From an uncultured Candidatus Saccharibacteria bacterium (lineage in GTDB: Bacteria > Patescibacteriota > Minisyncoccia > Phycocordibacterales > UBA9973), in assembly GCA_964553015.1 (NCBI GenBank), contig CAZKJE010000002.1, forward strand, positions 14,175-78,174: 64,000 nt of DNA, read 5' to 3'. The notes under the pieces are model-generated. The model had not been told where the DNA came from. It made no database searches and saw only the letters and a program-made list of their open reading frames with translations. The translations under genes and the position numbers were made by a program. How positions within the stretch are numbered: position 1 is the first letter of the stretch; every line of letters starts with the position of its first letter. Shown in pieces: positions 47,750-56,947 of this stretch.

Positions 47750-49957
47750 TTACTCGAAGTGAAACTCTCCGGCTTTGGTGCGGACTTTTTGTTTTAGGAG
47801 AGGATATTTACTTAGTTCGGGGTCAGATTCTATCATGCTAATAGCTTCAGTTCTAGCCGCTTCTACCATTTTTATATTTTTTATAGCTTCCATGCCGAGA
47901 TCAGTGATGCCCCACTGCTTTGTACCGCCAAGCTCTCCGGCGCCTCGGAGTGTGAGATCTAGCTCTGCCAATTCAAAACCATTTTTTGCAGTCTTGAGCG
48001 CTTTAAGGCGGTCTACGGTTTTTGCGCTTTTGGCTTCAGCAAAAATATAACAATATGCCTGATGCGAACTTCGGATCACCCGTCCGCGGAGCTGATGCAA
48101 TTGGGCCAATCCAAAACGCTCCGCACCTTCTATGATAATTATTGTCGCATTTGGAACATTCACTCCGACTTCTACCACGGACGTAGCGCATAAGATATGT
48201 ATCTTGCCTTCGGTAAATTCCTGCATTACCTCTTCTTTTTTTTCTCTGCTCATCTTGGAATGAAGTACGCCTATTTCATACTCTTTGAACACTCGCTCTT
48301 TTAATATTTTAGCTTCAGCTACGGCAGATTTTACATTTAAAGCCATTTCTTTTTCAGGATCAGGCTCAAAAATTCGCGGGCAGATGACGTAGAGCTGTCT
48401 ACCGGCCTCCAATTCTTTTCTGATTGCTTCGTAAGTGTTAGTCCTCTTGTCCGGAGTAATAATCTCTGTAATTATTTGTTTTCTTCCTACCGGCATTTCG
48501 TCTAAAAGCGACAGATCCAAATCTCCGTATATCGTGAGCGCGAGCGTGCGGGGGATAGGAGTTGCGGTCATGGATAGCAGGTGCGGAGCGATGTTATCTT
48601 TGCGCACTAACTTTCTTCTTTGTGCTGTGCCGAAGCGATGCTGTTCGTCTATCACCACAAGTGCAAGATTTTTAAATTTAACAGTTTTTTGAATGAGCGC
48701 ATGTGTACCGATAAGTATAGGTATCTCGCCGTTTCCGATCCATTTCAAAAGTTGTGCTCGGGAAATTGTTGTCCAGCTTGCCCCGTCCTTGGCGGGACCG
48801 ATTGTTTTTGATGGAAATTTTCTGCAGCCACTTCCAGTGATCAAGCCTATGTTTATCGGCAAATGCTTGAAATATTCTATGAAAGATTCAAAATGTTGCG
48901 TTGCTAATATTTCTGTCGGCGCCATGTATGCCACTTGCAAATTACCAAAATTTTGTGGTTTACCCTGGGTGTAATCGAAGGGCCTTTGCTGTACTGTCAC
49001 ATAGCTTGCAGTCGCAGCTACAGCAGTTTTACCGGAGCCGACATCGCCTTCGAGTAATCGCGACATCGGAAAATTCTTTGCCAGATCAGCAAGTATCGTT
49101 GCGATGGATTTTTCTTGTGATTTTGTCGGTTTAAAAGGGAAGCGCTTCAGAAATTCTTCTGCACTTTTCTTTTCAGGTTTTATTTGAAAAGATTTATTTT
49201 TTCTATATTCAAATTTATCATGCTGGCGTTCCAGCTGAATACAGAATACTTCTTCAAAAGCGAATCGTTTGCGTGCCGACTGCGCATCGGCTTTATTTTT
49301 CGGTTTGTGTATCCAAATAAGCGCGGTTTTCAGAGTAGGCAAATGATATTTTTTTAAAATTTCGGCCGGAATATAATCTTCAATATTATCCAAAGTTTTT
49401 TCTTTAAATATTTTTTCAATTGCGTGGTAAAACCATTTGGAAGTGATACCTCGCGTCTCCGCATAAATTGGATAAGACAGACCCTCCCCCAACCCCTCCC
49501 TTCGCAGGGCGGGGCTTTTAAATAATGTGTCGTGCGAATCTATCGGCATATTCGGCAATTTTTCAAATTCCGGATTAGCAAGATACATGCCATTTTTGCC
49601 TTGCGTGACTTTGCCCGTCAGCTTCACATTTTCGCCGTCATGGATCATTTTTGCCAAGTAAGTCTGATTGAACCATGTGATTTTTATTTTTCCAGATAAA
49701 TCTTCTATTTCGCCTTCGCCCATGGGCATTTTTGAACGAAATCCTTTTTTGGTTTTCAATTTTGAAACTTTGCCATATACAGTAGCCATATCTCCGGCAA
49801 CTAATTCAGCAATATTCTTTACCTCGCTGATATCGCTGTAGCGGACAGGGAAGTGAAACAAGAGATCAGCCACAGAAAAAATCTTGAGCTTATGCAAAGC
49901 CCTTTTCTGGCTTTCATCCAGCCTGAATTTTAGTTCAAGCTTATCGCTTAAATTCAT
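47750..49957 (-). CDS. recG: ATP-dependent DNA helicase RecG (start at MNLSDK; the ORF-track 50215 start overlaps the pilin gene region)
   Basis: Wedge/OB N-domain, SF2 helicase motifs (GDVGSGKT, DEQHRFG), TRG motif region. Confidence 0.85.
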   Translation of the reverse strand: MNLSDKLELKFRLDESQKRALHKLKIFSVADLLFHFPVRYSDISEVKNIAELVAGDMATVYGKVSKLKTKKGFRSKMPMGEGEIEDLSGKIKITWFNQTYLAKMIHDGENVKLTGKVTQGKNGMYLANPEFEKLPNMPIDSHDTLFKSPALRREGLGEGLSYPIYAETRGITSKWFYHAIEKIFKEKTLDNIEDYIPAEILKKYHLPTLKTALIWIHKPKNKADAQSARKRFAFEEVFCIQLERQHDKFEYRKNKSFQIKPEKKSAEEFLKRFPFKPTKSQEKSIATILADLAKNFPMSRLLEGDVGSGKTAVAATASYVTVQQRPFDYTQGKPQNFGNLQVAYMAPTEILATQHFESFIEYFKHLPINIGLITGSGCRKFPSKTIGPAKDGASWTTISRAQLLKWIGNGEIPILIGTHALIQKTVKFKNLALVVIDEQHRFGTAQRRKLVRKDNIAPHLLSMTATPIPRTLALTIYGDLDLSLLDEMPVGRKQIITEIITPDKRTNTYEAIRKELEAGRQLYVICPRIFEPDPEKEMALNVKSAVAEAKILKERVFKEYEIGVLHSKMSREKKEEVMQEFTEGKIHILCATSVVEVGVNVPNATIIIIEGAERFGLAQLHQLRGRVIRSSHQAYCYIFAEAKSAKTVDRLKALKTAKNGFELAELDLTLRGAGELGGTKQWGITDLGMEAIKNIKMVEAARTEAISMIESDPELSKYPLLKQKVRTKAGEFHFE
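49481..49515. repeat. GC-rich palindromic element in-frame in recG (accctcccccaacccctcccttcgcagggcggggc)
   Basis: Shares ccttcgcaggg with the comM copy and cccaaccc(c)tccc with the carB copy; encodes PALRREGLGEGLS. Confidence 0.65.
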
Positions 49958-49971
49958 AAAACCATTATACC

Positions 49972-50424
49972 CTATCTGGTCAGTGTAATAGATTGGCCAA
50001 GTTCCGCATTTGGAGCGGCTATAGTGTAGCGGCCATTTGAATCCACTAATACAGTGTATTGCGTGTCTGCCGCTGTTCCCGCAGTCAATCCAGCTCCGCC
50101 GGGGTCCATAGGAATTACTGAAGGAATATATGTAGGTACCAGGCAGCTCAAGTCCATATTCCCTGCGCCGGTTCCAATATTTTCGGCAGTGGAAGTTATG
50201 GTAACGCCGGCACAAGTAAATATACCTTTGTTATCGGCAAGATTTTGCCCGATTGCATTTAAAATAGTCTCGACGTTGCTAATGCGTTGGCTGTTTCTCG
50301 CCTGCGCAAACTGACGAGCGGGATTTATAGCTACTACCACGATAGATGCCAATATCGCGATAATACCGATCACAACTAAAATTTCAATAAGCGTGAAACC
50401 TCTTTTCCTCGCAACTTTTTTCAT
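49972..50424 (-). CDS. Type IV major pilin (PilA-like)
   Basis: Canonical prepilin signal KRG|FTLIEILVVIGIIAILA; 150 aa; C-terminal Cys pair. Confidence 0.8.
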   Translation of the reverse strand: MKKVARKRGFTLIEILVVIGIIAILASIVVVAINPARQFAQARNSQRISNVETILNAIGQNLADNKGIFTCAGVTITSTAENIGTGAGNMDLSCLVPTYIPSVIPMDPGGAGLTAGTAADTQYTVLVDSNGRYTIAAPNAELGQSITLTR

Positions 50425-50562
50425 ATTTAATTTTTGAAAACATTAGAGAACGTCGACGTTAATATAATTATAATTTTACGCTTCAATAATTATCTTGTAA
50501 AGATAAAATGTTTATAACTTAATCAATTTTTCATTTCTATCTTTTTCTGGTATATTTCCTGT

Positions 50563-51273
50563 ATGGCAAAAAAGTCAAAACGAGGTAAACTCATAGTCAT
50601 AGATGGCACGGACGGCAGCGGAAAAGCGACACAGATAGGCCTCCTCATAAAACATCTAAAAAAAGACGGCAAAAAAGTAAAGCTTGTCGATTTTCCGGAA
50701 TACTATTCAAACTTTTTTGGCGCATTCATAGGGCATTGTCTTTCCGAGCAATATTATAATTTCGTAAAAGTGCATCCCAAAATTGCTTCCGTGCTTTACG
50801 CCGCAGACCGCTTTGAATCAAAAGATAAAATACAAAAATGGCTAGCAGAGGGAAACATCGTAATTGCAAACAGGTACGCGAGCGCGAATCAGATCCATCA
50901 GGGCGGAAAGATTGCTAATACACAAAAAAGAGAAAATTTTTTAAAATGGCTTGCCGAGATGGAGTACGAGGTCTTTAAAATTCCAAGGCCGGATGCAGTT
51001 TTTTATTTAAGCGTGCCGATCCCGATAGTTATGAAGCTGATAAAAGAAAGAAATAAGGAAAGTAGGCGCGCCTACCTCGGCAAGAAAAAAGATGTGGTGG
51101 AAAAAGATAAAAATTATATGGAAAATTCCAGAAAAAGCGCACTCTGGCTCGCCAAGACCCAGAGGGGCTGGATAAAAATTGAATGCCTAAAAAATAGCGA
51201 ACTAGAAAGCCGTGAAGTTATTCACGATAAGATTTATGAAAAAGTTAAAAATATTTTGCTTGCCCGTCCATAG
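50563..51273 (+). CDS. tmk: Thymidylate kinase
   Basis: P-loop IVIDGTDGSGKAT, DRF/LID region. Confidence 0.85.
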   Translation: MAKKSKRGKLIVIDGTDGSGKATQIGLLIKHLKKDGKKVKLVDFPEYYSNFFGAFIGHCLSEQYYNFVKVHPKIASVLYAADRFESKDKIQKWLAEGNIVIANRYASANQIHQGGKIANTQKRENFLKWLAEMEYEVFKIPRPDAVFYLSVPIPIVMKLIKERNKESRRAYLGKKKDVVEKDKNYMENSRKSALWLAKTQRGWIKIECLKNSELESREVIHDKIYEKVKNILLARP

Positions 51274-51299
51274 CTTTAGCGAAGGAGGGGAATAAACCA

Positions 51300-51722
51300 A
51301 TGAAAATCAAAGTTAAAAAATTAAAAGAAAATGCAAAGCTGCCTACATATCATCACCCCGGAGATGTGGGCATGGATTTGTATTCTATGGAAGAAGTGAC
51401 AGTAAAACCCGGAGAGCACTATCGTTTCTGGCATGGCTTTGCTCTTGAATTTCCGGAAGGCTATGCGGCTCTTATAATGGATAAAGGAAGTATTTCCAGG
51501 GCTGGATTTGCGCATATGGGCGGAGTATATGATGCAGGCTACAGAGGCGAATACAATACACTATTGGTAAATTTGTCCGATCAGCCGTATACTTTTGAAG
51601 TAGGTGATAAAGTTTCCCAGCTTGTCATCACGCCGGTAGAAATTGCAGAATTGGAAGAAACAGATACTTTGAGCGAGTCTGCTCGCGGGGAAGGTAAATT
51701 TGGAAGTACCGGAAGAAAATAA
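51300..51722 (+). CDS. dut: dUTP diphosphatase
   Basis: dUTPase motifs (GDVGMDL, RAGFA, GVYDAGYRGE, GDKVSQLV, RGEGKFGSTG). Confidence 0.85.
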   Translation: MKIKVKKLKENAKLPTYHHPGDVGMDLYSMEEVTVKPGEHYRFWHGFALEFPEGYAALIMDKGSISRAGFAHMGGVYDAGYRGEYNTLLVNLSDQPYTFEVGDKVSQLVITPVEIAELEETDTLSESARGEGKFGSTGRK

Positions 51723-51770
51723 GCGCCGCGCTTTAATTGACGATTACGCGGCATGATTTCGTAAAATCAT

Positions 51771-53486
51771 ATGCAAACCAGAATAAAAAATTTAATAAGA
51801 GATGCGCTGAAAAATCTCAACATTGAAGTGAGCGAAATTTCCCTGGAGCATCCGGAAGATTTGAAAAACGGGGATTATTCTACAAATGTTGCCCTAGCTA
51901 TTGCAAAAAATATGGGAGAAAAACCGAAACATCTTGCCGAAAAAATAGTAAAAGAATTAGAAAGATTAAATACAGACAAAAATATAGAAAAATTTCAAGT
52001 TGCAGGCGCTGGATTTATAAATTTTTATTTATCGCGCAGATATTTTGCCGGCAGCATAGAGGAAATTGTAAACAAAGGGGGTAATATCGGCAAAAACGAC
52101 GTGCTTTCTGGAAAAAAAATAATGGTGGAATACACCGACCCAAATCCTTTTAAGCCTTTTCATATAGGCCACCTCATGACAAATGCCATCGGTGAATCTT
52201 TGGCAAGAATCTTAGAACACTCGGGCGCCGAAATTTCCCGCGCAAATTATTATGGAGATGTGGGGTTGCATGTGGCAAAAGCGATCTACGGCCTATTAAA
52301 AGATACTGATCTTCAAAGCAAAGCAGGTTCACACAACGAACAGGCTTCTAATATAGGCAAAGCATACGTTCTCGGCGCGGAAGTCTATGATAGTAATGAT
52401 TTTTCTAAAAAAGACATTGATGAAATAAATAAAAAAATTTATGCTCGAAGCGACCAGGAAATAAATGACATATATGACTGGGGATATAAAGTGACGATGG
52501 AGGCGTTTGAAGATTTATATAAAATGCTTGGCACGAAGTTTGATTTTTATTTTCCAGAAAGCCAAATGGCGCCCATTGGTGAAGATATTGTTCGTGCTAA
52601 TGTTGGTAAAATTTTTGACAAATCGGACGGCGCTATTGTGTTTAAAGCTGAAAAACATGACCCAAAACTGCATACTAGAGTTTTTATAACCTCCCAGGGA
52701 CTACCTACTTACGAGACAAAAGAATTCGGGTTAACTGAAGAAAAATTTAAAACGGAGCCAGATATGGATATTTCTGTTGTGGTTACGGCAAACGAGCAGG
52801 CAGATTATATGAAAGTTGTTGCCAAAGCCATTTCTCTTATTAAACCCGAACATGAGAAAAAAATGCTGCATATAACTCACGGCATGATGCGCTTGGAAGG
52901 CGGCAAAATGAGTTCCAGAAAAGGAAATGTAGTAACGGGTGAATCTCTAATTCGCGATACCATAGCCCTCATAGGTGAAAAAATCAAAGATAAAGACTGG
53001 AATAATGCAGAAAAAAATAAAATTGCCGAGATTGTCGGCGTCGCAGCGATAAAATATTCCATACTTCGCTCCAGAGCGGGAAGTGATATTGTGTATAACG
53101 CCGAAGAATCAGTTTCCACCGAAGGGGACTCTGGTCCATACCTGCAATATTCCTATGCCCGCGCAAATTCTGTCTTAGAAAAAGCGCAAAAGGAAAACAT
53201 ACTGCCGGATTTTGAAAAATTGCCGGAAGAAATTTTTGAAATAGAAAAATTTCTGTACAAATTTCCAGAAGTTGTCCTGCGCTCTTCATCGCTGTATGAG
53301 CCGCATCATATTACAGGCTACTTAGTAGAAATCGCTCGCGCATTTAACAGTTTTTATGGCAACAATTTGATCGTAAAAAAAGAAGACGACACCTCTCCGT
53401 ACAAAGTCGCCCTGACGTACGCCTTTTCTTTTGTAATGAAAACCGGTCTGCACCTCCTCGGCATCGAAGCCCCGAAGCAAATGTAG
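51771..53486 (+). CDS. argS: Arginyl-tRNA synthetase
   Basis: HIGH motif (PFHIGHLMT), class I ArgRS architecture, C-terminal DALR anticodon-binding domain. Confidence 0.9.
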   Translation: MQTRIKNLIRDALKNLNIEVSEISLEHPEDLKNGDYSTNVALAIAKNMGEKPKHLAEKIVKELERLNTDKNIEKFQVAGAGFINFYLSRRYFAGSIEEIVNKGGNIGKNDVLSGKKIMVEYTDPNPFKPFHIGHLMTNAIGESLARILEHSGAEISRANYYGDVGLHVAKAIYGLLKDTDLQSKAGSHNEQASNIGKAYVLGAEVYDSNDFSKKDIDEINKKIYARSDQEINDIYDWGYKVTMEAFEDLYKMLGTKFDFYFPESQMAPIGEDIVRANVGKIFDKSDGAIVFKAEKHDPKLHTRVFITSQGLPTYETKEFGLTEEKFKTEPDMDISVVVTANEQADYMKVVAKAISLIKPEHEKKMLHITHGMMRLEGGKMSSRKGNVVTGESLIRDTIALIGEKIKDKDWNNAEKNKIAEIVGVAAIKYSILRSRAGSDIVYNAEESVSTEGDSGPYLQYSYARANSVLEKAQKENILPDFEKLPEEIFEIEKFLYKFPEVVLRSSSLYEPHHITGYLVEIARAFNSFYGNNLIVKKEDDTSPYKVALTYAFSFVMKTGLHLLGIEAPKQM

Positions 53487-53544
53487 TAATTATCCCCCTT
53501 TTGTCTGGCTATTGTTTTCAATCCTGTTATTATTAAGGATAGTT

Positions 53545-55965
53545 ATGAATCTCCGGCAAAACTTGTCGATTTTATTTATTCTAGCTATTTTTTCGTTTCT
53601 AGTATTTTTAGGCAGTTTCCCTTCTCTGGTTTTTGCCACTGTGTATACAGGATCTACGGGTATTGTGTACTCAGATTTTGATGAGGTTGGGTTAGGGCCT
53701 CATGGCTTTAAGGATGTAATTGCGGAATGTCCTCCCGGCATTGGGGCAGTAAACTCTTTGAAAGATAATATTACTCTCGGCAGTGCTGCTTCCTGCAGCA
53801 ATTCGTATTTTTGGTTACAAAATAACATGGCCGTGAATGGTAACAATAACGACGAGCAGATTGCGGACGGGCATTACTGTATTTATGTAAATGGTGGAAA
53901 CCAGAGTGAATGTACGCATGGAGAATTTGATATAGTAAACGGTCTTCTTGTAGGTTCGCCTTGCTTAGAAAATTGTTTCTCAAATGTGCTTTTCTTGCCG
54001 GGGCTTGAATCAAGCCGTTTGTATACCCAAAGAACTGATGGCAGCGAAGACCAGCTCTGGGAGCCAAATGGCAATAGCGATGTTGAAGACATATATTTAA
54101 ATACAGACGGCACAAGCAAAAATCCTGATATTTACACACGAGATATTATTAAAGAAACAAATACGCCATTTCCATCAGGCTCTGCCGGCCAAAATATTTA
54201 TAAAAGCTTTTCCGACACTATGAATCAGCTTGTCGATGATTTTAAAATTGCGGACTGGCAACCTTACGCCTATGACTGGCGGCAAGATGTAAATGATATT
54301 GTGAATAACGGAACAAAATATCAGGATGGCAGTAAATCTCTCATTGAAACCCTGCAGTCGCTTGTCGATTCGTCAAAAAATGGAAAGGTGACAATAGTAG
54401 CTCACAGCAACGGCGGACTTTTAGCGAAAGCTCTGCTCAAAAAATTACAGAATGATAAAGCTGCCGGAATTAATAATTTAATTGATAGTGTAGATGTGTT
54501 GATTTTAGTCGCTGTTCCGGAAATAGGGACGGCAAAATCAGTGTCAGCAATACTGCATGGATACGATCAGCAAATATTGGGAGGTCTGCTCATGAATGAA
54601 ACTCATGTGCGCGAACTCGGCAGAAATATGAACGGAGCTTACGGACTTTTGCCAAGCCGGGAATATATAAATAGAGTGAGTGCGTCGCCGGCGACTTTCG
54701 TGGATACAGCGCTTCCTTCAAATGTCACAACTTCATTTGTGCAAAAATATGGGAATGTAATAGATTCGTATGCTGAATACAAAGATTTTCTCTTTGGCGC
54801 AGAAGGCAGGACAGATCCAGCGATAAGCCAAACAAATTTACCGATTAATTTATCTCAAAATTTATTTTCAAAAGCTGAAAATTTGCACGACAGCATAGAC
54901 AACTTTACTCCACCCACAAGCTTGCGAGTGATAGAAGTAGCCGGTTGGGGCTTGGACACGGTGGCGAGTTTTGAATACTATCCGAAAAAACAACAATGCG
55001 GGCAATTGATTTGTCCTTTCACTTTAGACGAAAGACCTCGTTTTACGTCGGATGGAGATAAAACTGTTGTGGTGCCGAGTGCACATTATATGAGCCTTGG
55101 CGGGGCGGAGAAATATTGGGTAAATCTTCCATTTTATAATGATGGATTAACGAAAAATAGAGAACATAAAGATATATTGGAAGTTGATCCAATTTTGAAT
55201 TTAATATCAAGTACAATTCAGAATTTGTCGTTAGATAATTCACCTTATTTATCTTCCGCGGCACCAACAGATTCTTCAAATCGTTTTCGAATTTCAATTC
55301 ACTCGCCCGTAACCATAGATGCATACGATGAAGAAGGAAATCACACCGGGAAAATTTGTCCTCAAAATTCTGACTTCTGTTATGCAGAAGAAAATATACT
55401 AAATAGCTCATATCTTGAATTCGGAGAAGGGAAGTACATTAATCTGCCAGAAGACCAAATGGCAAAAGTCATACTTCAGGGAACCGATATTGGAACTTTT
55501 ACCTATGAATCTGAAAAAGTTTTACCCGACGAAACATCAACCACTTCTTCCTTTATAGATATTCCAGTGACGACGCAGACACAAGGAGAAATAACGCTTG
55601 ATCAAGATGGTATGCCACAACTGGCATTAGACGTGACAGGAGATGGGGTTATTGATTTCAATATTTTACCAAATACTGCTTTTGACCCTGTTTTATATTT
55701 ACAGATCATGAAAACTACCATTGATTCCCTTGATTTAAACCAAGGCCAGATCAAAGCCTTTGATAATCGGGTTGATATCATAATTAAATCCATACAAGAA
55801 GGAAAATCTGACAACACTAAACTAAAAGCAGAGATATTCAAATCTGCTATTCAAAAGACATTATCTAAACCCGATTTGAAAACTCCAAAACCCAAAAAGT
55901 TATCTAAAACAGACGCACAATTATTGCTTGATATAATGAATAAATTATTAGATAATATTAGTTAA
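53545..55965 (+). CDS. Secreted alpha/beta-hydrolase (lipase/esterase-like) with large C-terminal extension
   Basis: Signal peptide; nucleophile elbow VTIVAHSNGGLLA (GxSxG). Confidence 0.55.
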   Translation: MNLRQNLSILFILAIFSFLVFLGSFPSLVFATVYTGSTGIVYSDFDEVGLGPHGFKDVIAECPPGIGAVNSLKDNITLGSAASCSNSYFWLQNNMAVNGNNNDEQIADGHYCIYVNGGNQSECTHGEFDIVNGLLVGSPCLENCFSNVLFLPGLESSRLYTQRTDGSEDQLWEPNGNSDVEDIYLNTDGTSKNPDIYTRDIIKETNTPFPSGSAGQNIYKSFSDTMNQLVDDFKIADWQPYAYDWRQDVNDIVNNGTKYQDGSKSLIETLQSLVDSSKNGKVTIVAHSNGGLLAKALLKKLQNDKAAGINNLIDSVDVLILVAVPEIGTAKSVSAILHGYDQQILGGLLMNETHVRELGRNMNGAYGLLPSREYINRVSASPATFVDTALPSNVTTSFVQKYGNVIDSYAEYKDFLFGAEGRTDPAISQTNLPINLSQNLFSKAENLHDSIDNFTPPTSLRVIEVAGWGLDTVASFEYYPKKQQCGQLICPFTLDERPRFTSDGDKTVVVPSAHYMSLGGAEKYWVNLPFYNDGLTKNREHKDILEVDPILNLISSTIQNLSLDNSPYLSSAAPTDSSNRFRISIHSPVTIDAYDEEGNHTGKICPQNSDFCYAEENILNSSYLEFGEGKYINLPEDQMAKVILQGTDIGTFTYESEKVLPDETSTTSSFIDIPVTTQTQGEITLDQDGMPQLALDVTGDGVIDFNILPNTAFDPVLYLQIMKTTIDSLDLNQGQIKAFDNRVDIIIKSIQEGKSDNTKLKAEIFKSAIQKTLSKPDLKTPKPKKLSKTDAQLLLDIMNKLLDNIS

Positions 55966-55966
55966 T

Positions 55967-56344
55967 ATGAAGAAAATTATTAGTTTGTCCTTGTTTATAT
56001 TATCCTTAGCAATATTCTTTTGGTTGTCATCTTATACTAATGAATGGCCATTTAATTACCATGTATCAGAATTTGTTAGCTACTTGTTTTATTGGAGTAG
56101 CGTGTTATTTATAGTAAGTCTACTAGCCTTAACTCTTAATCAAAAAAAATATAAAATTTGGCTTTTTGTAACTATTATTTATATTGCAATATCTGTTTTA
56201 ATTGCTTGGGCTACAGGAGATGGAAATGGTGCTATTGTAAGCTTTGACGGAGAATTAACTACATGGTTTTTAATAGGGTTGTATTCTTTAATTTCAATAA
56301 TTTATTTTATTGCTCAATTCTTCAAGGAAAACAAATCCAACTAA
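55967..56344 (+). CDS. Membrane protein, hypothetical
   Basis: 125 aa, four predicted TM helices. Confidence 0.35.
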   Translation: MKKIISLSLFILSLAIFFWLSSYTNEWPFNYHVSEFVSYLFYWSSVLFIVSLLALTLNQKKYKIWLFVTIIYIAISVLIAWATGDGNGAIVSFDGELTTWFLIGLYSLISIIYFIAQFFKENKSN

Positions 56345-56396
56345 TTACGTAGCAAATTACGTAATTAAATAATTACATAGAGCGGCGTTAGTTTTC

Positions 56397-56600
56397 TTAG
56401 TCGTCTCCTACGTGATCGTTATGGTCTATGGGCGTGATATCGTATGGTGATTTTGGTTTTTCGCCGGGTGGCGGTGGTTCGGGAAGAATACCTATTCGTA
56501 GTTCTTCCTGTATCTCTCGGAACGGCTTTCTCTGGGGAGTTGGTTCCCATTCTTCTTGGTGGTTTTTCATGTTTTTATTATAGCACAAAAAGTTATGCAC
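56397..56600 (-). CDS. Small Pro-rich hypothetical protein
   Basis: 67-aa ORF; weak support. Confidence 0.25.
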   Translation of the reverse strand: MHNFLCYNKNMKNHQEEWEPTPQRKPFREIQEELRIGILPEPPPPGEKPKSPYDITPIDHNDHVGDD

Positions 56601-56882
56601 TTTGGCAAGTACTTGACTTTGTTTATAGGTATATAATTATAGTGGAGTCAAATTGCACGCCTGAGTAGTTTGAAAGGAAATCCAAATGAGCTCTGAGTCA
56701 CGGTCACCCAATTTCCCAAGGCAGATGAAGCGGTATTGGTGGATGCGAAGGACACCACCGCCTCCATACCCCGTTCTCCGGCGCTTGCGCCTAGTGTTTC
56801 AGAACCACAACAGCGCAGTGTCACTTTCGGTCAAGGGAGTGATTCAGAGACATCTCGTGCGAGGCTAATCACTCCGCAGACC

Positions 56883-56916
56883 CGCGGGCACACCCGAGTG
56901 CCCGCTTCGTTTTTTC
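56883..56916 (+). terminator. Intrinsic terminator ending the GC-rich ileS leader (gcgggcac acccga gtgcccgc + cttcgTTTTTT)
   Basis: 8-bp GC stem plus T-run 32 nt upstream of the ileS ATG. Confidence 0.65.
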
Positions 56917-56947
56917 TTTTGATATATGGTATATTTTCTTTACATAT

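Noticed and set aside
50215-50216. RecG N-terminal extension to 50215 in the ORF track
   Set aside because: It would overlap the well-supported major pilin gene. The conserved RecG N-terminus begins at MNLSDK (49957).
56350-56390. AT-rich inverted repeat aattacgta-N6-tacgtaatt between convergent genes
   Set aside because: Weak AT stem without a flanking U-run on either strand; most likely a chance or weak terminator with no further support.
56610-56916. RNase P RNA or SRP RNA in the GC-rich ileS leader
   Set aside because: No GGAAAGUCCGG / ACAGAAnCCGGCUUA P4 strands and no GGAA-tetraloop/AGCAGC domain-IV motif. A CCAAGGCAGAUGA match to E. coli 4.5S is too short to count. The length and the terminator fit a cis-leader better.
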